Assembly (NCBI GenBank): GCA_965262055.1
Contig: CBDHEI010000001.1
Location: 393,883-457,882, forward strand
Direction: 5' to 3'
Length of the DNA: 64,000 nt
DNA from: Dehalococcoidia bacterium
GTDB taxonomy: Bacteria > Chloroflexota > Dehalococcoidia > Lucifugimonadales > G958296245
Under the pieces are notes generated by a model. The model was not told the DNA's origin and made no database searches. It saw only the letters and a list, made by a program, of their open reading frames with translations. The stretch's first letter is position 1, and each line of letters opens with the position of its first letter. The translations under genes were made by a program, and so were the position numbers. This document shows positions 48,115-58,012 of this stretch, piece by piece.

Positions 48115-49257
48115 CTACCCCTCCCACCAGTCCCGGTATGGATTCTCGCGGTCCGCGAGCGGGAACGTGACCCTGCCCCCGGCCCTCTGGGACTGGTGCA
48201 CCGCCATGATCATCTCCAGCGCGGCGCGTCCGTCCTCGCCGCTGGAGACCGCCTCCACGTCGCGGTCGTCCATGACGGCGCTGGCGAGCTCGTCCGCGAG
48301 CAGGCGGTTACTGAGGTGCATCGCCTCGTCGTATGTCCTAGTGCTCCCGTCAGGTCGCTTCTCCCAGTCGTCCAGTAGCACGCGTTCCCACTTCCCGGCG
48401 CCGTCGTCGGGTATCCACTGCCCGTATGGGTAGATGTACATCTCGCCCCTGGGAGAGTTGCGCAGAGAGATGATGCCGCCGGTCCCGTGGACCTCGAAGC
48501 CGAACCAGCGCCTTGTGCGGTCGGCGGACAGGTCGGTCGGGTGCGACTCGAAGTGGCCGGTGATCCCGTTGTCGAACGCGAAGTAGGCTGCCACGCCATT
48601 GCCGGCGATGAGCCCGATCTCCTCGCCGCCCACGCGGACATCGCCTGCCTCCACCTCGCGCCCGTCCTGGGTCACGTGACCGTGGGCCCAGACCGGGTCG
48701 GCGGCCGAGAAGTGCCGCATGCTGTCCATCATGTGCGTGCCGAGCACCATGAGGTCCTCGGCGCCGGAGCGGTGGTCGGCCTTGCCGTGCGTCCGGATGA
48801 CCTGCACCTCGCCGATCTCCCCGGCGTCGACCAGCTTCTTCGCGTGCATCTCGTAGGCGTTGGTGCGCCGGTGGGCCACGGCCATCCTGACGCCGTTGGC
48901 GCGGCACGCCTCTACCATCGCGTCGGCGTCGACCAGCGTCGGCGCCATCGGCTTCTCGCAGAGGATGCCCTTGGCCCCCGACTCTGCAGCGGCGACAACC
49001 ATGTCCCTGTGGCAGTCCACCCAGCGGGGGCAGACGTTGACCAGGTCGAGGTCCTCCGCTTCCAGCATCTCGCGGTAGTCGGTGTACAGGTGTGCGGCAC
49101 CGGTGCGCTTGCCGGCGTGCTGGCGGCCCGCGGGGTCGTCGTCCGCCACGGCGACGACCTCCACACCCGACACCCACTGGTAGGCAGTGTCCAGGTGATG
49201 GCCGTAGTCCCCTCTACCCGTTCTGCCTATGATGCCGGCCCGCAGCTTGGTCTTCAC
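48115..49257 (-). CDS. Gfo/Idh/MocA-family oxidoreductase
   Basis: CEKPM, GTHMMD, ALEMI.AV..S. Confidence 0.9.
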   Translation of the reverse strand: MKTKLRAGIIGRTGRGDYGHHLDTAYQWVSGVEVVAVADDDPAGRQHAGKRTGAAHLYTDYREMLEAEDLDLVNVCPRWVDCHRDMVVAAAESGAKGILCEKPMAPTLVDADAMVEACRANGVRMAVAHRRTNAYEMHAKKLVDAGEIGEVQVIRTHGKADHRSGAEDLMVLGTHMMDSMRHFSAADPVWAHGHVTQDGREVEAGDVRVGGEEIGLIAGNGVAAYFAFDNGITGHFESHPTDLSADRTRRWFGFEVHGTGGIISLRNSPRGEMYIYPYGQWIPDDGAGKWERVLLDDWEKRPDGSTRTYDEAMHLSNRLLADELASAVMDDRDVEAVSSGEDGRAALEMIMAVHQSQRAGGRVTFPLADRENPYRDWWEG

Positions 49258-49267
49258 GGTGCTGCTC

Positions 49268-51826
49268 CTAGAGCGACAGGCCGAGGGCCTGAACGCGCCG
49301 CTCGATGGACTGTCGCGCCTCCACGAATGGGCGCTGGAGGTGGGCGATGTGGTCCGCCTCGCCGTGGGGGTGAGTTGTCGTACCCGGCAGGTGCTGGACC
49401 GAGGTATGCTCCATGTAAGCCATGCCGCCCTCGATCAGCTTGAGCATCAGTCTCGCCGTGTCGGGGTCGAACATCCACCAGTCGCCGCCAGAGGCCACGT
49501 AGATGGGTGACGTATGGGCGAAGGTGCCGCTCCTCCAGTTGTTGTAGAAGTAATCGCCTATCTGTAGGCCCGCGGCGTCGTCGTCCCTTCCTGGGAAGGC
49601 CTCGGGCGATAGGTAGCCAGGACCGCCGCACCGGGCGGCTATCCAAGTGTGGCCGTCGATCCTGAGGCGCTCCCGCACCTCCAGCCGTCGGTTGCCCTTC
49701 TCCGACTGCGCCGACGCGACTACCCTGCCCGCCTGCACGATCTCGAGGCGGTGAATCGGGAAGAGGCTCTCCGCGCTTGCGTGGACCTCGACCGTGCCGG
49801 GGCCCGACATGTTGAGGGTGCTGCCGATAGGCTGGCCGTCCACGGTGAGCTCAAGGATGGGGCCGCCGCTGAGGAAGGTGCGCCCAGCCGCTACGGCAGC
49901 GCACCAGTTGTCGTAGGTGAACTCCTGGTCGGGAGGGATGTAGGCGTAGGTCCGGTAGCTGCCCACGGCCACGTCGCTGGACATCTTGTCGGTGCCGCCC
50001 ACGAGGGGAAGCCTGTAGCCGCAGTTGAGCGCCTGGTAGTAGTCCCTGTGATTGGTGGTGCTGTGGCTGATGAACTCGACGCCTCTGACACGGCCCGTCG
50101 CTATCAGCGCCACTGCCTCCCCCGTAAGGCCTCCGTAGTGGGCGGCTATCGCGGTGCCGCCCTGCTCGTGCGTCGCGTCTGCCCAGTCGCTCAGGGTAGC
50201 CTCCAGGGTACCGCCGACCTCGGCCTCGCCCAGGCCGTCGGAGCACCAGGGCATCACCGGCTTCTTGAGGCCCCAGAGCAGCATGTGGCCCATCAGGTGC
50301 TGCCTATTCTCCTGTCCCACGTAGACGATGGACTGGCCGTCCTTCGAGACGCTGGGCTCTCCGGTGAAGTCCTCGGTGTTGGTGAAGTGGTTGCCCCACT
50401 GCGACTGGAGCAGGTTGACGACATTGAGGTCCTCGGCGCGGGCCTCTGTGTGAGAGCCCTGCGCCGAGAGCCAGTGGACGTGGGAGTCGCCGCTGAACCA
50501 GCGGCGGGCGTTCATGTTCGTCCAGCGCTTGAGCCGGAGCGTCAACTCCTGCTGGCCGGGCTCGATGCGCACCCTCGTTCGCAGGGGTTCGTACTCGAAG
50601 CCGCGGGCGGCGTCGACGATGACTTCGCCCCTTGGCAGCCAACCCTGGCAAGTGCCGTCGATGTAGGCGTAGGTGACGTGGCCCAGCCTGAGATCGCCGC
50701 CGACGTCCGTGTACCAGGTGCCCAGGTCGGAGTGGACGTGGCTGTGATGGCCGTGCGGCTGGTACGGCACGCCGTCGGGGGAGCGGAAGTGGACGCGGCA
50801 CGGCACGGGCTGTCCGGTGTCGTCGTCGACGACGGTAACATTCACCCAATTCCGGCCGGGGTCGGTCAGCTCGAAGCGCACCTGCTCGGTCTCTACCGCG
50901 CCTCCGCTCTGAATATCGCCCCAACGGGCGCTGCCGACATCCTCGCCAGACTGCTTCACGGTGACGGTAGCAGAGGGTGTCGCGGAGACTTCAACGTAAG
51001 CCGGGCTGGACGTCCGGTTGGGCGCCTGGCCCCAACCCTTGAAGGGGTCGACGACGAACTGGTCGCTCGACTCCCGTGGGAGGGCGAACGCGTAGGTGTT
51101 CTCGCCCCTGTCTACCTCGACGTCAAGGTCGAATGGGCGGCTGGCCCGCTCCGCGTCCTTGAGGACGAGTTTCACCGGACGCCTGCCGGTCCTGACCAGC
51201 GGGTTTTCGTCCACACTGCCCAGGGTGATTCCCGCAACCAGAAAGCGAGGTCCCTTCGGTACGATCTCGATGGCGTCGATGCTCTGCTCGCGACGGGGGT
51301 TCTCCCATGCCCACAGGTAGTAGTGCTGCGCGCTTCCCGACTCCGCCTCGAACTGACGGCGCCCCATGGCGTCCCACGGCCCGGAAGTGCGGGGCATCGG
51401 CTCCGCGCCATGGTCGGGCACGGCGAGGTACGGCATTCCGGCCCTGCCGCCAAGCCCTCCTCGGCCCGACAGGCCGGCTATCTCGAATCGCTCCCGGATT
51501 GCGGCGCGCTCGACACTGCCGTCGGCAAGGTGGAAGACGTACTCTGCGACATCCACTCCCAGCGGCCCGCCCTCTGCAAGCTTAGACTCCAGGAGGCGGT
51601 GGGCAAAGACGACGCGCAGCGCGGAGCGGCCGACCGCGACAGCGACGGGCGCGTCTCCGCCCTTCAAGTCTATGAAGCAGGCGCCGTCCGGCTCGCCATC
51701 ATCCTGCCCGACGAGAAAGGGCAGGCCCAGGAGGCTCTGCCGGCCCAGGGTGGGCGATTCCTCTTCCAGCACGCCGGCCCCGGAGTTGCACCAACGAGAG
51801 ATGTCCATCGGATCGTAGTCCTGCAT
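49268..51826 (-). CDS. CehA/McbA-like PHP-fold metallohydrolase
   Basis: RGFEY.P, W.SGDSHVH, GH, AH, LNCG.RLP..GGTD, G.TF.S.GP, AHTSPIYV. Confidence 0.8.
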   Translation of the reverse strand: MQDYDPMDISRWCNSGAGVLEEESPTLGRQSLLGLPFLVGQDDGEPDGACFIDLKGGDAPVAVAVGRSALRVVFAHRLLESKLAEGGPLGVDVAEYVFHLADGSVERAAIRERFEIAGLSGRGGLGGRAGMPYLAVPDHGAEPMPRTSGPWDAMGRRQFEAESGSAQHYYLWAWENPRREQSIDAIEIVPKGPRFLVAGITLGSVDENPLVRTGRRPVKLVLKDAERASRPFDLDVEVDRGENTYAFALPRESSDQFVVDPFKGWGQAPNRTSSPAYVEVSATPSATVTVKQSGEDVGSARWGDIQSGGAVETEQVRFELTDPGRNWVNVTVVDDDTGQPVPCRVHFRSPDGVPYQPHGHHSHVHSDLGTWYTDVGGDLRLGHVTYAYIDGTCQGWLPRGEVIVDAARGFEYEPLRTRVRIEPGQQELTLRLKRWTNMNARRWFSGDSHVHWLSAQGSHTEARAEDLNVVNLLQSQWGNHFTNTEDFTGEPSVSKDGQSIVYVGQENRQHLMGHMLLWGLKKPVMPWCSDGLGEAEVGGTLEATLSDWADATHEQGGTAIAAHYGGLTGEAVALIATGRVRGVEFISHSTTNHRDYYQALNCGYRLPLVGGTDKMSSDVAVGSYRTYAYIPPDQEFTYDNWCAAVAAGRTFLSGGPILELTVDGQPIGSTLNMSGPGTVEVHASAESLFPIHRLEIVQAGRVVASAQSEKGNRRLEVRERLRIDGHTWIAARCGGPGYLSPEAFPGRDDDAAGLQIGDYFYNNWRSGTFAHTSPIYVASGGDWWMFDPDTARLMLKLIEGGMAYMEHTSVQHLPGTTTHPHGEADHIAHLQRPFVEARQSIERRVQALGLSL

Positions 51827-51946
51827 ACCGGCTACCTCCGTCTATCGCGTCGTCGGGCTCACATCCGCCACGATACCACAGTCTCACCAGTCGCAAGTCA
51901 GCTTGTCGGTGTCCCCTCCCTGTACTCCCTGTAGTACCATCCGAAT

Positions 51947-52144
51947 ATGCAGAAGGACTTCACCGCCGTGATTGAAAAAGAGGATGGCTGGTACATAGCG
52001 TACTGTCCTGAAATTCCCGGCGCCAACGGTCAAGGGATGACCGAGGAAACCGCCCGAGAGAGTCTCGTTGAGGCGATCGCACTCATCCTCGAAGACCGAC
52101 GACCGGATGCAGAGCGCCACGGTCCGACTGACATGTTAAAATGA
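51947..52144 (+). CDS. hicB: HicB-like antitoxin, with no hicA nearby
   Basis: FTAVIE...GWY.AYCPE.PGANGQG.T.E.A...L.EAI.L.L. Confidence 0.75.
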   Translation: MQKDFTAVIEKEDGWYIAYCPEIPGANGQGMTEETARESLVEAIALILEDRRPDAERHGPTDMLK

Positions 52145-52178
52145 TCCATCCATAGTAGCCTCTACGGCAGACCCGTTA

Positions 52179-52253
52179 GCCAACGTAGCTCAGCGGTAGA
52201 GCAGCGGTTTCGTAAACCGCAGGCCGTGGGTTCGAGTCCCACCGTTGGCTCCA
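52179..52253 (+). tRNA. tRNA-Thr (CGT)
   Basis: Acceptor GCCAACG/CGTTGGC, D-arm TAGCTCAGCGGTAGAGC, anticodon stem GCGGT/ACCGC with loop TTCGTAA, GGTTCGAGTCC, 3' CCA. Confidence 0.97.
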
Positions 52254-52285
52254 TCTCCATCTTCCGATAGCGCGAGGGAAGAGCC

Positions 52286-53347
52286 ATGGCCAAGGCGAGA
52301 ATAGGCGTGATCGGCGCCGGATGGTGGGCGACCCAGTTCCATATCCCCAGCCTGAAGACGTACGAGAAGGCGGACCTTGTCGGCATTGCCGATATCAAGC
52401 CGGAGAAGGCCGCGGCCGCGGCCGACTACTACGACATCAGTAACACCTACGACGACCACCGGGACCTGCTTGCCGCGGGGGTCGACGGCGTCGTCATAGC
52501 GGTCCAGCACGCCTACCACTACGAGGTTGCCCGCGACGCATTGGACGCGGGCGTGCACGTGCTCGTTGAGAAGCCGATGACACTTACCGCGGCCCACGCC
52601 TGGGATCTCGTTGAGCGGGCGAAGAGCAACGGGCTGCACCTGATGGTCGGCTACACCTCCCAGTTCACCCGGCACGCGCAGGCGGCGCGTGAGATCGTTC
52701 AGTCGGGCAAGATCGGCGAGCTACAGCTCGTTTCCGGCATATACACCTCCTGGGTCGAGTCCTACCTGCGGGGCAGGCCCCAGGACTACGCCGAGGCGTT
52801 CGGCTACCCCATCACGGGCCCGGAGCCCAACAGCTACTCGGACCCGAAGATGGCCGGGGGCGGCCAGGGCCACCTGCAGGTGACGCACCCAATGGGCATG
52901 GCGCTATGGGTCACCGGCCGGCGGGCGGTCGAGGTCTTTGCCTTCATGGAGAGCTACGACCTCGCGGTGGACCTCGTGAACTCGTTCAGCTACAGGCTGG
53001 ACAACGGGGGGATGGGCACGATGGCGTCCACCGGCGCCATGCGCCCGCACCAACAGCTCGACCAAGGGTTCGTGTACTCCGGTAGCAAGGGCTTCGTGCG
53101 GCAGGACCTGGCCGGGGGCCGCCTGGAGGCCCAGTACAACGACGGCACGTCCGAGCAGTTCCCGGACCTGTCGCAGGAGGAGCTGTACCCAGCGCACCTC
53201 CCGTCGCGCGGGCTTACGGATCTGATCCTTGGCGAGGGCGAGAACCGCGCTCCGGGCGAGGTGGGAGCGCGCGTCGTCGAGTTCCTGGAGGCAGGCTACC
53301 AGTCGGCAGACACCCGGCTCCCCGTAAGGGTCGATTCCCTGCTGTAA
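52286..53347 (+). CDS. Gfo/Idh/MocA-family oxidoreductase
   Basis: IGVIGAGWWA, HVLVEKPM, GGG.....TH. Confidence 0.92.
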   Translation: MAKARIGVIGAGWWATQFHIPSLKTYEKADLVGIADIKPEKAAAAADYYDISNTYDDHRDLLAAGVDGVVIAVQHAYHYEVARDALDAGVHVLVEKPMTLTAAHAWDLVERAKSNGLHLMVGYTSQFTRHAQAAREIVQSGKIGELQLVSGIYTSWVESYLRGRPQDYAEAFGYPITGPEPNSYSDPKMAGGGQGHLQVTHPMGMALWVTGRRAVEVFAFMESYDLAVDLVNSFSYRLDNGGMGTMASTGAMRPHQQLDQGFVYSGSKGFVRQDLAGGRLEAQYNDGTSEQFPDLSQEELYPAHLPSRGLTDLILGEGENRAPGEVGARVVEFLEAGYQSADTRLPVRVDSLL

Positions 53348-53386
53348 TGGCGGCGGGCGCCGCGATATCCTTTGACATAGGAGATT

Positions 53387-54265
53387 GTGCCCATGGACAA
53401 GCTGGAGTTCGTCGATACGCACGTCCATTTCTACGACATGCAGCACCCGGAGCTCGTCTACGACCACTGGCAGCCCGGCGTTCCGCATCCGACCCTGGGT
53501 GACCAGATACAGAAGCTGGCGGAGAGGAACTACATCGCCGAGGACTACATCGCCGAGACCCGGAACGCGAACGTGACCAAGGCGGTGCACGTGCAGGCCG
53601 CCATCGGCAGCCCTGACCCGGTCACGGAGACCGAGTGGCTACAGGAGGCGGCGGACCGTACGGGGTATCCCCACGGCATCGTCGCGCACGCCGACCTGCG
53701 CGACCCGGGCGTCGACGAGGTGCTGGCGCGCCACTGCAAGTCCCCCAACATGCGGGGCATACGCGACTTTTCTTACGGCGACTACCTGGTCGAGCCGGAC
53801 TACCACCGGGGTTTCGCCCTGCTGGAGAAGTACAACCTGGTGTCGAGCATGCCTGCCAACTGGCAGGACATGGAGAAGCTCCGGGCGCTGGCAAACAAGT
53901 TTCCCAACATCACCATCGTCGTCGATCACACGGGGTCTCCCGCGGAGCGCACGGACGAGTACTTCGAGAAGTGGAAATGCGGCGTAGCCGTCGCGGCCAC
54001 CTGCGACAACATCCGCTGGAAGATCTCCGGCCTAGGCATGGGCGACCACAACTGGACGGCCGACAGCATCAGGCGGTGGGTGCTAACGTCCATCGAGACG
54101 GTTGGCGTGGACCGCTGCTTCTTCGCCACCAACTGGCCGGTGGACTGGCTATGGAGCACCTACGACGAGGTGGCAGACGCCTACACGGAGATCATCTCCG
54201 GCTTCAGCCGGGACGAGCAGACCGCGCTCTTCTCCAAGAACGCCGAGGAGCTGTACCGCATCTGA
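53387..54265 (+). CDS. Amidohydrolase_2-family lactonase-like protein
   Basis: DTHVH, AVHVQA, RGIR, VDH.G, KISG, F.TNWPV, NA..LY. Confidence 0.88.
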   Translation: MPMDKLEFVDTHVHFYDMQHPELVYDHWQPGVPHPTLGDQIQKLAERNYIAEDYIAETRNANVTKAVHVQAAIGSPDPVTETEWLQEAADRTGYPHGIVAHADLRDPGVDEVLARHCKSPNMRGIRDFSYGDYLVEPDYHRGFALLEKYNLVSSMPANWQDMEKLRALANKFPNITIVVDHTGSPAERTDEYFEKWKCGVAVAATCDNIRWKISGLGMGDHNWTADSIRRWVLTSIETVGVDRCFFATNWPVDWLWSTYDEVADAYTEIISGFSRDEQTALFSKNAEELYRI

Positions 54266-54314
54266 CGGTGGCCGCTGGACTAGGGCCATGACAATTCGGA
54301 CTCGGGGGCTATAG

Positions 54315-55586
54315 ATGGCGCTTCTTCAACTTGCACAGGCCGGGTGCGGCGGGATGGGCCTCCGCCACGTGTATGGACTGGCCGAGCTCCGGCGGTGCGG
54401 CTTCGACACGTTCGAGCTTGCCGCGCTGTGCGACCTGCACAGCTCCGCCGCCGAGCACGTGGCCCGTGTAGCCGAGACGGAGCTGGGTCTGAGGCCGCGC
54501 GTCTACACGGACTTCCGGGCCATGCTTGACGCCGAGCCCGGCCTGGACGCAGTCAACATCGTAACCGACACCCGGATGCACCACGTCTTTGCGGTGGACG
54601 CCTTCGACGCGGGCCTCAACGTGGCGGTGGAGAAGCCCATGGGGCTGACGGTACGGGCATGCCGCAGGATGATCGGCGCGGCGAACGCAGCGGGCAAGGT
54701 CCTCTCCGTCTCAGAAAACTACCGGCGCGACCCGATGAACCGCCTCACGAAGGCGCTCCTGCGCGGCGGGGTCATCGGCGAGCCCCGGCTGGCCATCAAC
54801 GTCGCCACCTCCGGAGGGCGCGGCGTCCGGCAGGTCGTTGCCTGGCGGCACATGAAGGAACGGGGCGGTCTGATCCTGGAGTACGGCGTGCACACGTCGG
54901 ACCTGACGCTATACCTGATGGGCGGCGTGGAGCGTGTGTTCGCCGAGACGCACCTCTGGGAAAAGACGCGCACGATGGTAGAGACAGCACAGCCCATGCA
55001 GCGCTTCTACGAACACCGAGTGAAGGAAGATGCGGAGAAGGCCGAGGCGATAGAGGCGACCGCCGAGGACACCGGACTGGCCCTGGTCCGGTTCGCCTCG
55101 GGCGCCATAGGCCAGACCACCTATAGCGACGCCGCCCCCGGTGAGCCGTCGGATACGGACATCATCTACGGCAGCGAGGGATCGCTGCGGCTGCCGGGCA
55201 GCCGGTCGGGCCGTCCGGTCCAAGTGACAATGTCAGACGGAGGGTCCCCTGTAGGCCAGAAAGACCTGCTCGCACAGGCGCCCGATTTCAGGCTCGACGA
55301 GACGACATCCAGGATGTTCGGCGGCAGGGACAGAATCTCGTCATACGACGCTCCGTTCGAGCAGCCGGACCGCAAGCTCATAGCCATCGAGCTACAGGAC
55401 TTCGCCGACGCCATCTTGAACGGGCGCAGGCCCGAGGTGACGGGGGAGGAAGGACTGGACGCCGTGGCGCTCTCCTACGCCATCCTGGAATCGGGCCACC
55501 TCGTGCAGCCGGTCAGCTTCGACGACGTTCGCAGCGACCGCGTCAACGCGTACCAGCAGCAGATCAACCAAGCCGCTAAACTGTAG
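54315..55586 (+). CDS. Gfo/Idh/MocA-family oxidoreductase, tandem paralogue 1
   Basis: GCGGMG, VEKPMG, ENYRRDP, GVH..D. Confidence 0.92.
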   Translation: MALLQLAQAGCGGMGLRHVYGLAELRRCGFDTFELAALCDLHSSAAEHVARVAETELGLRPRVYTDFRAMLDAEPGLDAVNIVTDTRMHHVFAVDAFDAGLNVAVEKPMGLTVRACRRMIGAANAAGKVLSVSENYRRDPMNRLTKALLRGGVIGEPRLAINVATSGGRGVRQVVAWRHMKERGGLILEYGVHTSDLTLYLMGGVERVFAETHLWEKTRTMVETAQPMQRFYEHRVKEDAEKAEAIEATAEDTGLALVRFASGAIGQTTYSDAAPGEPSDTDIIYGSEGSLRLPGSRSGRPVQVTMSDGGSPVGQKDLLAQAPDFRLDETTSRMFGGRDRISSYDAPFEQPDRKLIAIELQDFADAILNGRRPEVTGEEGLDAVALSYAILESGHLVQPVSFDDVRSDRVNAYQQQINQAAKL

Positions 55587-55676
55587 GCCCTTCTCCAAAA
55601 ACGCACAGGGGCTGTACGCATCCAACGTCGACCCCCGAGCGTTGACTCCACAATTCGGACCAAGGGGGGCTATGCA

Positions 55677-56945
55677 GTGGCGCTTCTTCAACTCGCCCAA
55701 GCCGGGTGCGGCGGACAGGGCCTGCGCCACGTGTACGGACTGGCCGTGCTCCGGCGGCACGGCTTCGATAGCTTCGCACTCACCGCGCTGTGCGACCTGC
55801 ACCGCTCCGCCGCCGAGCACGTGGCGCGCGTAGCCGAGGCGGAGCTAGGCCTGAAGCCGCGCATCTACACGGATTTCCGGGCAATGCTCGAAGCCGAGCG
55901 CGGCCTGGACGCCGTCAATATCGTCACCGACACACGGATGCACCACCCTTTCGCGCTGGACGCCTTCGACGCCGGTCTCCACGTCGCCGTCGAGAAGCCC
56001 ATGGGCATTACGGTCCGGGCGTGCCTCAGGATGATGGAGGCGGCGAGCGCGAAGGGCAGGGTCCTGTCCGTCTCCGAGAACGTCCGCCGCGACCCGATGT
56101 ACCGCCTTGCCAGGGCGCTGCTGCGCGGCGGGGTCATCGGCGAGCCCCGTCTGCACATGCATGTCTCCACGTCCGGGTCGCGCGCCGTCGAACAGTTGGT
56201 TGCCTGGTGGCACATGAAGGACCGGGGCGGGTGGCTCCTGGAGCAGGGTGTGCACACGTCCGACCTGACACTGTACTTGATGGGGGACGTTGAGCGAGTC
56301 TTCGCGGAGACCCACCTCTGGGAGAGGACCATCAAGATAGCCAGGCCTGAGCAGCCGACGGAGCTCTATGCACACCGCGTCAGGGAGGAGATCGAGGAGG
56401 CCGATACTGTAGAGGCAACTGCCGAAGACACCGGACTGACCCTGATGAGGTTCTCCTCGGGCGCCATCGGCCAGACCACCTTCAGCGACGCCGCCCCCGG
56501 AGAGCAGTCGAGCGCGCACGTCATCTTCGGTAGCGAGGGCTCCCTGCGCCTGCCAGGCTTCCGGGCAGGCCGGCCGGTCCAGGTCACCCTCGCCGGCGGG
56601 CTGTCACCGGTCGCGCAGAAAGACCTGATGAGGCAGGTCCCCGACTTCAGGCTCGACGAGACGACCGCCAGGGTGTTCGGTGGCAGGGACAAGCTCTATT
56701 CCTACGACGCCCCGATTGAGCAGACGACCCGCAAGATCCTGGCCGTCGCGCTGCAGGACTTTGCCGACGCCATATTGAGCGGCCGCAGGCCTGAGGTGGC
56801 GGGGGAGGAGGGGCTGGACGCCGTGGCGCTCTCCTACGCCATCCTGGAGTCGGGCCATGTAGCACAGCCGGTCAGCTTCGACGACGTTCGCAGCGACCGC
56901 GTGAACACCTACCAGCAGGAGATTAACGAGTCCGTCGGCCTGTAG
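55677..56945 (+). CDS. Gfo/Idh/MocA-family oxidoreductase, tandem paralogue 2
   Basis: Collinear with and highly similar to 54315-55586. Confidence 0.92.
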   Translation: MALLQLAQAGCGGQGLRHVYGLAVLRRHGFDSFALTALCDLHRSAAEHVARVAEAELGLKPRIYTDFRAMLEAERGLDAVNIVTDTRMHHPFALDAFDAGLHVAVEKPMGITVRACLRMMEAASAKGRVLSVSENVRRDPMYRLARALLRGGVIGEPRLHMHVSTSGSRAVEQLVAWWHMKDRGGWLLEQGVHTSDLTLYLMGDVERVFAETHLWERTIKIARPEQPTELYAHRVREEIEEADTVEATAEDTGLTLMRFSSGAIGQTTFSDAAPGEQSSAHVIFGSEGSLRLPGFRAGRPVQVTLAGGLSPVAQKDLMRQVPDFRLDETTARVFGGRDKLYSYDAPIEQTTRKILAVALQDFADAILSGRRPEVAGEEGLDAVALSYAILESGHVAQPVSFDDVRSDRVNTYQQEINESVGL

Positions 56946-56984
56946 GCTGCGCCGCCTGTCTTGCGGAAGGACTCGGGCCTATCT

Positions 56985-58010
56985 TCAAGCTCGCTGGTAG
57001 ACCTGGATGCGGTGGCGGTTGCGGTCGGTGACGAGCAGCCGGCCAGCGTCGTCGAGCTTCACCGAGACGGGGGCCCAGAACCTCTTCTCCACGTGGTACG
57101 GCTCGTCCCGCACCTCGACGCCCAGAGTTCGGACATCGGGCTCCATGTCAGAACGGTCCCTCGCCTCTCTCTCCTCCACGTTTGAGTCAAGGTAGTCCCT
57201 GGCCCACGGCGACAGGGTAGCCTCGCCCATGACGGCGCAGACGAAGCCTCCATCGGGATCGAAAACCTGTACCCGGTTGTTGCCCCAATCGGCAGCGTAT
57301 ACGTAGCCCTCGTCGTCGACGGCGACGCTCGAGGGGCGGAGGAGCTGGCCGTCCTCGCTCCCGGAGCAACCGTAGGAGCTGAGGTATTCGCCGTCCGGTG
57401 TGAAGCGCAGGATACGGTCGTTTCCCCAATCGGCGACGTACAGGTCGCCGTCGGGCGCCACGGTAACGCCCCACGGGAGGTGCATCTGACCTTCGCCGCT
57501 GCCCCCTACGCCGAAGCCGGAGAGGTGACGGCCTTCCAGCGTGAACCTCTGCAGGCGCGCGTTCCTGTGGTCCACTATCCAGAGGCGCTGGTCTGCGTCG
57601 AGGGCCATGCCGGACGGCCCGTCCAACTCTCCTTCGCCCGTGCCCGGGTCGCCCCACTTCCGCAGGAATGTCCCCGACTCGTCGAAGATGCTGATGCGGT
57701 TGAGGTATTCGTCACTTACGTGGACCTGCCCCTCGGCGTCCACCACTATGGCTGATGTCCAGGTGAACTGCCCGTCAGCCTCGCCTATCGACCCGAAGAC
57801 GTCGTAGTAACCGCCGTCGTGGTCGGTGATGCAGACTTGGACGCCGCGGGTATCTCCTTCGTGCGCGCGGCCAAGCACGTAGAGGCGTCCGTTGGGCGCG
57901 ATGCCCACGTCGTTCGGGTAGTAGAAGCCACGCCCTTCCATGGCGGCAACGCCCAAAGTGTAGTTATAGCGCAGGAACCCAAGCTGCGGGCCTGCGGCAG
58001 TTGCAGCCAT
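56985..58010 (-). CDS. NHL-repeat beta-propeller protein
   Basis: Repeated P.G.A.D..G..YVADWGN.R.Q.F...G units. Confidence 0.92.
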   Translation of the reverse strand: MAATAAGPQLGFLRYNYTLGVAAMEGRGFYYPNDVGIAPNGRLYVLGRAHEGDTRGVQVCITDHDGGYYDVFGSIGEADGQFTWTSAIVVDAEGQVHVSDEYLNRISIFDESGTFLRKWGDPGTGEGELDGPSGMALDADQRLWIVDHRNARLQRFTLEGRHLSGFGVGGSGEGQMHLPWGVTVAPDGDLYVADWGNDRILRFTPDGEYLSSYGCSGSEDGQLLRPSSVAVDDEGYVYAADWGNNRVQVFDPDGGFVCAVMGEATLSPWARDYLDSNVEEREARDRSDMEPDVRTLGVEVRDEPYHVEKRFWAPVSVKLDDAGRLLVTDRNRHRIQVYQRA

Positions 58011-58012
58011 GT

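Noticed and set aside
49649-51934. Long antisense or overlapping ORFs (also 19033-20313, 26244-27521, 34548-35717, 40701-42413)
   Set aside because: Shadow frames of well-supported genes in high-GC DNA, with no motifs of their own.
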